A stretch of DNA of 64,000 nt from a virus, in IMG/VR virus record IMGVR_UViG_3300036760_000069, positions 23,118-87,117 of that record; one strand, 5' to 3'. A program made the position numbers and the translations under genes. Below the pieces are notes generated by a model that was given only the letters and a program-made list of their open reading frames with translations, did no database searches and was not told the origin of the DNA. Every line of letters starts with the position of its first letter. Position 1 is the first letter of the stretch. Below are positions 57,217 through 64,000 of the stretch, piece by piece.

Positions 57217-57282
57217 TAGAACCTCCTTCGCTGCTAGATTGGTGTCGTCGCAGCCAGTTGAAGTGTGTGATTGCTCCTGCCA

Positions 57283-59034
57283 TTACGCCCCCTGGAGCAC
57301 GCGGTTGAGGGCGCTATCGTCCGTCATCTTCGTTTCGCTCAGGACCTTCGCCCCTTGCGCGGCCTGCAACGCCATCTGGTCAGAGGCCATCTGCGCCTGC
57401 TGCTTCGCTCGCTGGAGCCGGATGGCTTGGACCCGATCGTCCGATACGATGGTCTTGGACGACACCCCCATCCGGTCGCCGTAATCGTCCACGATGTGAT
57501 CCGCATCGAGCTTGTCCAGCACCTGCGGGACGGCCCCCGCCATGTTGCCCACAAAGGCCACGAACCGCTCCAAGCCGGACACGCCCACCAGCTTCTGCGC
57601 CTGCGCCATGATCGAGATGTACTCAACTCGCAGATCCATCCCGGCAATCTCCTCCGGCGCGGGCGGAATCAGCCCCGCCTCCAGCATCTTGCTGAATAAC
57701 AGATCGGTGTGCGGGTCGAGAAACTCGTCGTTTAACCCTTCCATCACCGGCCCCAGCGCCAACAGCTTCTCCTCATGCCGCTCGGCAATCTCGGCCACGT
57801 TGCGCGGCTGAATGCCCTCCATGCGGTCCAGCATCAGGAACAGGTCCTCGTAGAACACCCGTGAAATACGCTGCTCCTTGCGTTCGATGTCGGCGCTCAC
57901 GTCGGCAATGGACAGGTTCGTTTCGTGGATCGGCTTGAGCCCACCACGGCCCTCCCGCTCATCAACGTAGGTGATGTCGCCAGCCAGTAGGGACGCCTTC
58001 TGGTTCCTGAGCGCCGTCGGCCCCTGGAGCGGGGGATTCAGTTGCTTCTCCAGCGCCCGCGACTTCTTTTTTTCCTGCGCCTGTGTCTCCTTCACGCACG
58101 GCAGCCCCTGCATGCCGGGGCAGTTTGTGCCGTAGATGTCCTCGCCCGTGACCTCCCAGCGTGGCGCCAGCACAGGAAAGCGGTCGTAGCCGGATTCGCG
58201 CAGGAACCGATTGTCGCTCATTGAGGCCAGGTCCGTGAGCGCCCCCGCGCCCGTCATGCCGGTTGCGCCTTGCTCGAAATAGCAGGAGAGAAACCGCTTG
58301 TACTTCGCGTCCAACATGGTCGGATCGTAGTCGGGATTTGGCACGATGAAGTTCAGGACCGCCATGGCCTGCTCGTAGTTGCCGTTGTCCCAGGCCGTCC
58401 GCACCGGCCAACTAAACTTCTCCCACCGCTGGGACGGCCCCGCCTCCGGGTCGCCGAACCTCGTCACGAGCTGCCGCACCGTCATCGTGAATTCCCGCAT
58501 GAACGTATCGACCACGCCGCGCTGATTGCAGGCCAGCCAGTACGACCCAATCGGATGTGTGTAGTAGCGCACCAGGTCCTCGTCGTCCTCGACCATCTGC
58601 ATCGCCGCCGTGCCGAACACCCCGTCATCGCCGTACAAGGTCGGCACCGCCCCGTAGAAGTTCGAGCGCAGGTCAATCGTCGTCATGCGCTTGTTCACCA
58701 CGTCCAGCCAGGCCTTCACGCGGCCAAAGTCAGCCAGGTCCGGGTCGGGGGTCGTGAGCCGACGCCAGGGCCGCGCCGGGGAGGTAATGCCCGCCGTCAT
58801 GCCCGCCCGGAGCGTCCGCGCCGCCAGCATGCCCGCCTCGTTGATGATCTTCTGGTTGCGCTTGTCGCCCCGGTTGCGGTCCTGATCGAAGAACCGCGTC
58901 CTCCGGGGCGCATAGTGTTCTCCGAGCTCCCGATAGTGGGCGTCGAACGAGTCGCGCTCCTGCTTCATCTGCGCCCCCAGCCGGTACAGGCGCTGCTTCT
59001 TCGATTCGTAGGTGGTTTGGGGATACGCCATCAT
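57283..59034 (-). CDS. portal (head-tail connector)
   Basis: TSPARPW, PRWEV...YG, EIAERHEEKL..LGPV, VEYISIMAQAQK. Confidence 0.93.
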   Translation of the reverse strand: MMAYPQTTYESKKQRLYRLGAQMKQERDSFDAHYRELGEHYAPRRTRFFDQDRNRGDKRNQKIINEAGMLAARTLRAGMTAGITSPARPWRRLTTPDPDLADFGRVKAWLDVVNKRMTTIDLRSNFYGAVPTLYGDDGVFGTAAMQMVEDDEDLVRYYTHPIGSYWLACNQRGVVDTFMREFTMTVRQLVTRFGDPEAGPSQRWEKFSWPVRTAWDNGNYEQAMAVLNFIVPNPDYDPTMLDAKYKRFLSCYFEQGATGMTGAGALTDLASMSDNRFLRESGYDRFPVLAPRWEVTGEDIYGTNCPGMQGLPCVKETQAQEKKKSRALEKQLNPPLQGPTALRNQKASLLAGDITYVDEREGRGGLKPIHETNLSIADVSADIERKEQRISRVFYEDLFLMLDRMEGIQPRNVAEIAERHEEKLLALGPVMEGLNDEFLDPHTDLLFSKMLEAGLIPPAPEEIAGMDLRVEYISIMAQAQKLVGVSGLERFVAFVGNMAGAVPQVLDKLDADHIVDDYGDRMGVSSKTIVSDDRVQAIRLQRAKQQAQMASDQMALQAAQGAKVLSETKMTDDSALNRVLQGA

Positions 59035-59339
59035 TCTCCCAACAGTGTGCGCGGCTGCGTGTTCACGGCGCCGACATTGCCGAGCCCGCCCGTCAGGATC
59101 GTGTCGCTGCGCCCGCCCGCTGCCGCCGCGATCTGCCGCTGCTCCTGCTGCTTCTTGCGAGCCGCCACCTCCGCCGCTTGATCGGCCGCCGCCGCGCCAG
59201 GGGGCGTCGTCGGCATCCCGCCTGTACCGCCCCCACCGCCACCCGGATTGTCCGTCATCGACTTGATCGTCGTGGCAATCGTCCCCGCCGCCGCAATCGC
59301 CGCCGATACCGCCAGAATCGTGGCCGTCGCAAACGCCAT
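59031..59339 (-). CDS. small virion-associated protein upstream of the portal
   Basis: Hydrophobic N-terminus; GRSDTILTG...TLLG. Confidence 0.7.
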   Translation of the reverse strand: MAFATATILAVSAAIAAAGTIATTIKSMTDNPGGGGGGTGGMPTTPPGAAAADQAAEVAARKKQQEQRQIAAAAGGRSDTILTGGLGNVGAVNTQPRTLLGE

Positions 59340-59341
59340 GG

Positions 59342-59914
59342 TCAGCTCTCCTTTGTCCAGGTCGTTTCAAGCCGCCGGTACCCGAGCTTGTCGTACAGTC
59401 GGCCGACCGCCTCATCGTTCATGCTCGCTAACGCCGCCATCCGAACATCCGCAGAGGCCACCCCTTGGCTTACCGCCCACGCCTCATACGCCCGGATCAA
59501 CCGTACCGGCACCGTGCCACGCCGGTACTCCGGGCGCACATACCAAAAGAACTCACTCGCAATCGGCCGCCCGTCGTAGATATCCGGCGCCACCATCGCG
59601 GCCAGTGCTCCCACGCACTCCGCGCCTTCGTACACGCCCAGAATGACCCCTTGCCCGCTCGTGATCAGCGTCGTCCACAAGGACACGAAGAACGCCGGCA
59701 GAAAGCGCCCTGGAGCCTTCGCCTCCGCGTAGAAATCCTGCCCATACGGCGCGATCCCTGGCAGTTCCTCCACCGTGAGCGCCCGGATGGTCGAGGGTGT
59801 CGTCAGTCGCGGGGTAGGACACGCGGCCGCAGGCACGGCAGGGGTCGCCTTCACGCCGGCCGGCTCATCCACATCCAGCTCGCCCAAGTCGTCCACGGCC
59901 ACGACCTCGCTCAT
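59342..59914 (-). CDS. GNAT acetyltransferase
   Basis: EFFWYVRPEYRRG...LYDKLGY. Confidence 0.85.
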   Translation of the reverse strand: MSEVVAVDDLGELDVDEPAGVKATPAVPAAACPTPRLTTPSTIRALTVEELPGIAPYGQDFYAEAKAPGRFLPAFFVSLWTTLITSGQGVILGVYEGAECVGALAAMVAPDIYDGRPIASEFFWYVRPEYRRGTVPVRLIRAYEAWAVSQGVASADVRMAALASMNDEAVGRLYDKLGYRRLETTWTKES

Positions 59915-61392
59915 ACCCGCGCCATCCTCTCCTCGTAGTCCCGCTCATCATCCGGCTCCGTTTTTGCGTGCGCCCGCCGCTCGTCTAACCACGGGATGCC
60001 AGTACGAGGCGCCACGGGTTGCGCAAAGGTCAGCACAAAGGCATCGTAGAGGTCCGGGCTTTCCCCGTTCAACTTCGTCATGACCTGGTCCTTCTCTTCC
60101 ACCTGAAAGACGCCCTTGCGGAACCAGTAGTTGGAGGCCGTCGCCTCACGCTGGAGCTCCGGCAGGTACGGCAGGCCCCCCCCGGCCTTGATATGCTCCG
60201 CCGCTTTGAAATACATCTCCGCCCGTCGGTTCAGGTAGCGCGGGTCCAGCGCCTTGCCGCTGAAGTTGACGGGAATGAGCGTGTAGCCCGTGTTGTTCAG
60301 CTCGTCGATCACGCCGCCCGCCCAGCCGCCCGTGTCGTCGATGAACGCGGCGTCCGGGTGCCAGCGATCAATCGCCTGCGCAATGCGGGAGGCAAACTTG
60401 CCCGTCCAGTCCCGCTCGGACCGATCTGGGCGCATCACCACCGGCTCAAACGCCATCAGCCCTTGACGTGGGAAGATCACCGACCGCGCTCCGCCCATGC
60501 GGCCACAGTCGATGCCGAGGATCTTGGCCGACCGGATGTACTGCGACTCTGTGATCGCCAGGTGCATCGCGGCCGAGACCTGATCCGGTCCCAGGAGTCC
60601 TTGCAGACTGGACGGCGGGAACTTCCCGAACACGTTGACCAGCACCCAGGGATTGTCGGCGCCGTATGTCGTGATCTGTTCGCGTGCCCATTGGACGGAT
60701 ACTCGACTGGAACGCTTCGGATCGTCAGGGTCGCCCGTGATCTCAATCAGGTGCCAGCGATCACGCTCAGACGTACAGGCGCGATAGAGCGGGCCTGCCA
60801 CATCGGTCGGATTGCCCGCCATGACAATCTTGTGCTCGCCGCCGGTTGTGGCGAGTGTGGCTTCAGCGGTCGCCAGTACACCGTCAGGGATGCCCCCTAC
60901 CTCGTCGAATTCCGCGAGCGTGAACGCAGAATGCAGCCCGGCCATCGTATTCGCCTGCTGTTGCGCGTCCGCTGACCGAGGCCATTGCCGCGCCGACATC
61001 CACCATGTCTCCGGGTGGTCCTTGGCGAAGATGCGCGTTTTCGTCCAGACAAAGGCGGCTGAGAGAAAGGGAGACTTCGCCAGCCACTTTGCCATTTCAG
61101 GCCAGAGATTGTCCGCGAGGTTGTCACCGCTGATGGACGTGGCCACCACTTTCGGATGTGGTCGGGTCGCCAGAAAGTTCCACGCACACCAAGCGAGAGT
61201 CGTGGTTTTTCCTGGACCCTTTCCGCTTTTCATGGCAATACGCTGTATCTCTGGATCAGCGAAGGCTCGGAGCGCGTCAACCTGAAACGGATCTGGCTCA
61301 GCGTGAAACTGTGACTGCACGAACCGCACGGGATCGCGCCGCCACGCTTGGATGTTGGAATGAGCTTGGCGGGCGGTGTTACTCTGTGGCAT
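59911..61392 (-). CDS. terL: terminase large subunit
   Basis: SGKGPGKT Walker A, FDEVG, GNPT, GIDCGR nuclease, SPDLYDA. Confidence 0.93.
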   Translation of the reverse strand: MPQSNTARQAHSNIQAWRRDPVRFVQSQFHAEPDPFQVDALRAFADPEIQRIAMKSGKGPGKTTTLAWCAWNFLATRPHPKVVATSISGDNLADNLWPEMAKWLAKSPFLSAAFVWTKTRIFAKDHPETWWMSARQWPRSADAQQQANTMAGLHSAFTLAEFDEVGGIPDGVLATAEATLATTGGEHKIVMAGNPTDVAGPLYRACTSERDRWHLIEITGDPDDPKRSSRVSVQWAREQITTYGADNPWVLVNVFGKFPPSSLQGLLGPDQVSAAMHLAITESQYIRSAKILGIDCGRMGGARSVIFPRQGLMAFEPVVMRPDRSERDWTGKFASRIAQAIDRWHPDAAFIDDTGGWAGGVIDELNNTGYTLIPVNFSGKALDPRYLNRRAEMYFKAAEHIKAGGGLPYLPELQREATASNYWFRKGVFQVEEKDQVMTKLNGESPDLYDAFVLTFAQPVAPRTGIPWLDERRAHAKTEPDDERDYEERMARV

Positions 61393-61930
61393 TCGATAAC
61401 CCCTCTCCCGTGACTAACTTCTCCAGCGTCATGGTCCCGGACAGCTCCCGCTTCTCGACGTAGTACCCGACGACCTTCATAAACAGCTCAACGGCCTTGT
61501 GCTTGTCGGCCAGCTTGAACTTCTTCGTGTAGCCGCAGGCCACGCGCTTCGTGTCACCAGCCGGGTCCTTGGCGTTGAGAAAGTCCTCGGTGAACTCAAA
61601 GCCCACGACCGCCCGCCGGCTGTCCTCGTCCAGCAGGGGAATCTCAATCGGGTTGCCGTGGGCGTCGTAGAACTTGCCGGGATCGTAGAAGGCGAGGCGC
61701 TTGAGCTCAAGCAGGCAGCGTTCTCGCGTGACGCCACAGGTTTCGGCGAGCTTGTTCTGTTCGGCCTTGATGGCAGCTTGGATGTTAGGCTTTGTTAGGA
61801 GTTTGGAAGCGGTGATCCGCGCTGATCCTTTGGCGTAGCCCGCACGAATCGCGGCCTGCGCGCCGTTCAGATCAATGCTGTATTCGGCGATGAACCGTTG
61901 TTCTTTCAGCGCCGACGCACGTGCAGCCAT
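61379..61930 (-). CDS. terS: terminase small subunit
   Basis: RFIAEY.IDLNGAQAAIRAGY. Confidence 0.93.
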   Translation of the reverse strand: MAARASALKEQRFIAEYSIDLNGAQAAIRAGYAKGSARITASKLLTKPNIQAAIKAEQNKLAETCGVTRERCLLELKRLAFYDPGKFYDAHGNPIEIPLLDEDSRRAVVGFEFTEDFLNAKDPAGDTKRVACGYTKKFKLADKHKAVELFMKVVGYYVEKRELSGTMTLEKLVTGEGLSNATE

Positions 61931-61964
61931 GTCCAAGGAGTACAAGACCGCAGGCAGGAAAGCA

Positions 61965-61990
61965 AAAAGTAGACTTAGCGTTTGCTAAGT
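61965..61990 (-). terminator. possible weak terminator or operator hairpin before terS
   Basis: ACTTAGC-AAAC-GCTAAGT followed by CTACTTTTT. Confidence 0.35.
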
Positions 61991-62089
61991 GAGAAAGAAG
62001 TTAGTGACGACGGGAAGGCAACACGACGGTCAAAACAAAAACACAACCTGCGACAACCAACGCCAGAATAGAAAAGGCCAACGAAAAAC

Positions 62090-62542
62090 TCATACCGGCC
62101 ACGCACCTTGCGCAATCATTTGGGCGCGTCGCTCGTTGACAATCTTCACCGCGTGCTGTTGATCGGTGGCCCACACACAAGCCGTTAAACAATCCGGTAC
62201 ACCCGTGCCAGCATAGATCAGCACTCGTGTACGCTGCCAGATGGCAACCGTTGTATTTTCGCACTTTAAAAATTCTCGTGGGGTCACATCTTCGACTGTC
62301 CCATCACGCTGCATTCTGACATTAAATTGGACACGTCCTGCATTGAGGTCTTCAATACACGGATTAAGCGGCCACTCCGCCACTGTCGCCTCATCGGCAC
62401 CTATTTTATTTACCTGATCCGCAATCACCTGCGCGTATCGTTTTTCCGTGAACACACCAACCACGCGGTAGTCAGAATACGACCCCTGCTCCACAACCCA
62501 TACAGTGTCGATCTGATCCATGATGATCATCGCCAAACCCAC
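62090..62542 (-). CDS. conserved hypothetical protein
   Basis: VWVVEQGSYSDYRVVGVF; VWATDQQHAVKI. Confidence 0.75.
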   Translation of the reverse strand: MGLAMIIMDQIDTVWVVEQGSYSDYRVVGVFTEKRYAQVIADQVNKIGADEATVAEWPLNPCIEDLNAGRVQFNVRMQRDGTVEDVTPREFLKCENTTVAIWQRTRVLIYAGTGVPDCLTACVWATDQQHAVKIVNERRAQMIAQGAWPV

Positions 62543-62686
62543 CCGGTCACCACTGAGGCAACCAACAAATGGAAGGACAAGATGACTCCGATCGGGCCTT
62601 CAGTTCGTCTGACCAGGAACGGCCACATAAAGAAACTGCTCCAGACCGCCACCGTTGCTATCCCTTGATTCATCGCGTTCATCCTT

Positions 62687-62908
62687 TCACAAGTCAATAC
62701 GGCAGTGCAAGTACTCGCGGCAGAACCGGACCAGTTCGTCCCGATCAATGCGAGGGTTGCCGCGAAAATTCTCCCGCTTGTGCAGCTTGCCGGACTTCAT
62801 CCAGTAGTCCACGTTGGCCGTGTCCACACTCAGCAGCGCGGCCACATCCGCCGGCGAGAAGTCCGGCTCATCCGGAATGTGGGTCGGACAGCGCGGGTCG
62901 GCGTTCAC
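62687..62908 (-). CDS. excisionase/MerR-like HTH protein
   Basis: FSPADVAALLSV...V.YWMKSGKL.....RIDRDEL. Confidence 0.75.
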   Translation of the reverse strand: MNADPRCPTHIPDEPDFSPADVAALLSVDTANVDYWMKSGKLHKRENFRGNPRIDRDELVRFCREYLHCRIDL

Positions 62909-62910
62909 GC

Positions 62911-63303
62911 TCACAGTTCCTTCATCGCCAGCTTCTCCGCCACCTGTGCGGCCATCGTGGACGGTGAGCGTGGCCGTTCCGACGGTTCCGCTGGCACCGA
63001 ACATCTCACGCCTCGATGCACCCGAACCCCTGCATCCTTGGCTGCGGACTCCAGCAGGATCGGCGCGGCCTGATACCGGGGCTTCACGCCGGACAGCCAG
63101 CTTGCCGGATCGCCGTGGACACGGCACACGAACCTGATCCCCTCCCCCTCGAAGTCCACCCACTGCGTCACCCAAGGCGCCGGGCAGAAGTCGCAGGGGG
63201 CACGAGAGTAAGATCGCTCGCGGGCAGCCTTGACGGCCGTGTAGCCACACGCACAGCGCGAGCCGGAGAAGATGCGGTCACAGATCGGACAGGTCGTGTT
63301 CAC
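62911..63303 (-). CDS. Cys-rich hypothetical protein
   Basis: CPIC, CACG, CDFC, CRVH. Confidence 0.6.
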   Translation of the reverse strand: MNTTCPICDRIFSGSRCACGYTAVKAARERSYSRAPCDFCPAPWVTQWVDFEGEGIRFVCRVHGDPASWLSGVKPRYQAAPILLESAAKDAGVRVHRGVRCSVPAEPSERPRSPSTMAAQVAEKLAMKEL

Positions 63304-64000
63304 AACGCCAACACCTCCTGCGTGAGCCGCTTCAGGCTCAGGTCGATATAATCCTTATTCAGTTCAATGCCGAGGCAGTGGCGGTTGTATTGCTTGGCGA
63401 CGAGCGCCGTTGTCCCTGCGCCGTAAAAACAATCCATCACAAGGTCGCCTGCCTTACTACCAGCCAGCACGCACGGCTCAATTAACTTCGGCGGGAACGT
63501 GGCGAAGTGGGCCTCCTTGAACGGCATCGTGGGGATCGTCCAGACGCTTTTTTTATTCGCCATGACTCCGCAAAGCGGCTTTCCGTCCTTATCGAAATAT
63601 CCACTATGGCCATTTTTATAAGACGTACCCCCCCCCGCCATTGAAGGATTCCATTCCTTGCCTGATTGAAGGCGTGTATCCGGGCATGGGTTGTTACCAC
63701 CAAACTTGACGGCTTTCATTTTGCCATTTGTTTTTCCTGGCACGCGTTCGCTGCCTTCTTGATTTTCAACATCCTGAATCAGCCGCGCAATACTGGCTTC
63801 CTTGATCGGTTCTTTGATGGCCTCGGCGTCGTAGTAGTACGTCTGGCTCTTGGTGAGCAGGAATAGGTACTCGTGCGCCTTAGTTGGGCGGTCCGTCACC
63901 GACTCTGGCATGGGGTTGGGCTTGGCCCAGATAATGTCGCTCCGCAGCCACCAGCCGTCCGCTTGCAGCGCGAAGGCCACGCGCCAGGGGATGCCGACGA
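63300..64000 (-). CDS. second DNA amino-methyltransferase (5' end outside the window)
   Basis: IIWAKPNPMPESV.DRPT, HFATFP, DCFYGAGTT. Confidence 0.9.
   Translation of the reverse strand, partial: VGIPWRVAFALQADGWWLRSDIIWAKPNPMPESVTDRPTKAHEYLFLLTKSQTYYYDAEAIKEPIKEASIARLIQDVENQEGSERVPGKTNGKMKAVKFGGNNPCPDTRLQSGKEWNPSMAGGGTSYKNGHSGYFDKDGKPLCGVMANKKSVWTIPTMPFKEAHFATFPPKLIEPCVLAGSKAGDLVMDCFYGAGTTALVAKQYNRHCLGIELNKDYIDLSLKRLTQEVLAL
63829..64000. repeat. direct repeat of 4683-4854 (171/172 identical); second block 63499-63546 matches 4455-4502 (47/48)
   Basis: Base-by-base comparison by eye. Confidence 0.9.

Noticed and set aside
57283-59415. 710-aa portal as given in the ORF track
   Set aside because: The extension overlaps the 59031-59339 gene; the real start is probably 59034
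62687-62908. Integration module
   Set aside because: An excisionase-like HTH alone; no integrase or att site is visible in the window
63829-64000. Terminal repeat or circular overlap marking genome ends
   Set aside because: The match is to an internal site (4683-4854) and the flanking sequence diverges, so these are paralogous genes
1-64000. tRNA or rRNA genes
   Set aside because: No cloverleaf or T-loop signature recognised in the short intergenic gaps; tRNAscan-SE was not run

Overview
GC-rich (roughly 60-65% by eye) tailed-phage or prophage DNA. Almost every gene is on the minus strand; the only convincing plus-strand gene is an HNH nuclease at 31124-31660. Reading in the direction of transcription (64000 to 1): a partial DNA methyltransferase and small genes; a podovirus-type head module resembling the Bordetella BPP-1 arrangement (TerS, TerL, GNAT, portal, scaffold, major capsid, cement); block A (holin, M15 endolysin, embedded Rz/Rz1, staple-like gene, fibre-like genes, adaptor, nozzle, three ejection proteins, T7-gp17-type fibre); then a second, divergent but syntenic block B (M15-like peptidase, holin, spanin pair, staple-like gene, adaptor, nozzle, GNAT, pilot, PAPS reductase, Fe-S protein, ejection protein, and a 4615-aa polyvalent DarB/Strawberry-notch protein); finally an early/replication region (RHH regulator, nucleases, recombination genes, C5 and amino-methyltransferases, RusA, DUF1376 initiator). 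Main points: two tail/ejection/lysis modules on one head module (real, or a chimera); an overprinted gene with a perfect Shine-Dalgarno inside the giant gene; two methyltransferases with near-identical blocks flanking different variable regions; a gene boxed by 23-bp inverted repeats; a triple-repeat micro-protein; and recurring leaderless promoters. No integrase, reverse transcriptase, tRNA or CRISPR array was recognised. Spanins imply a diderm host. All calls come from motif recognition by eye; no searches were run.
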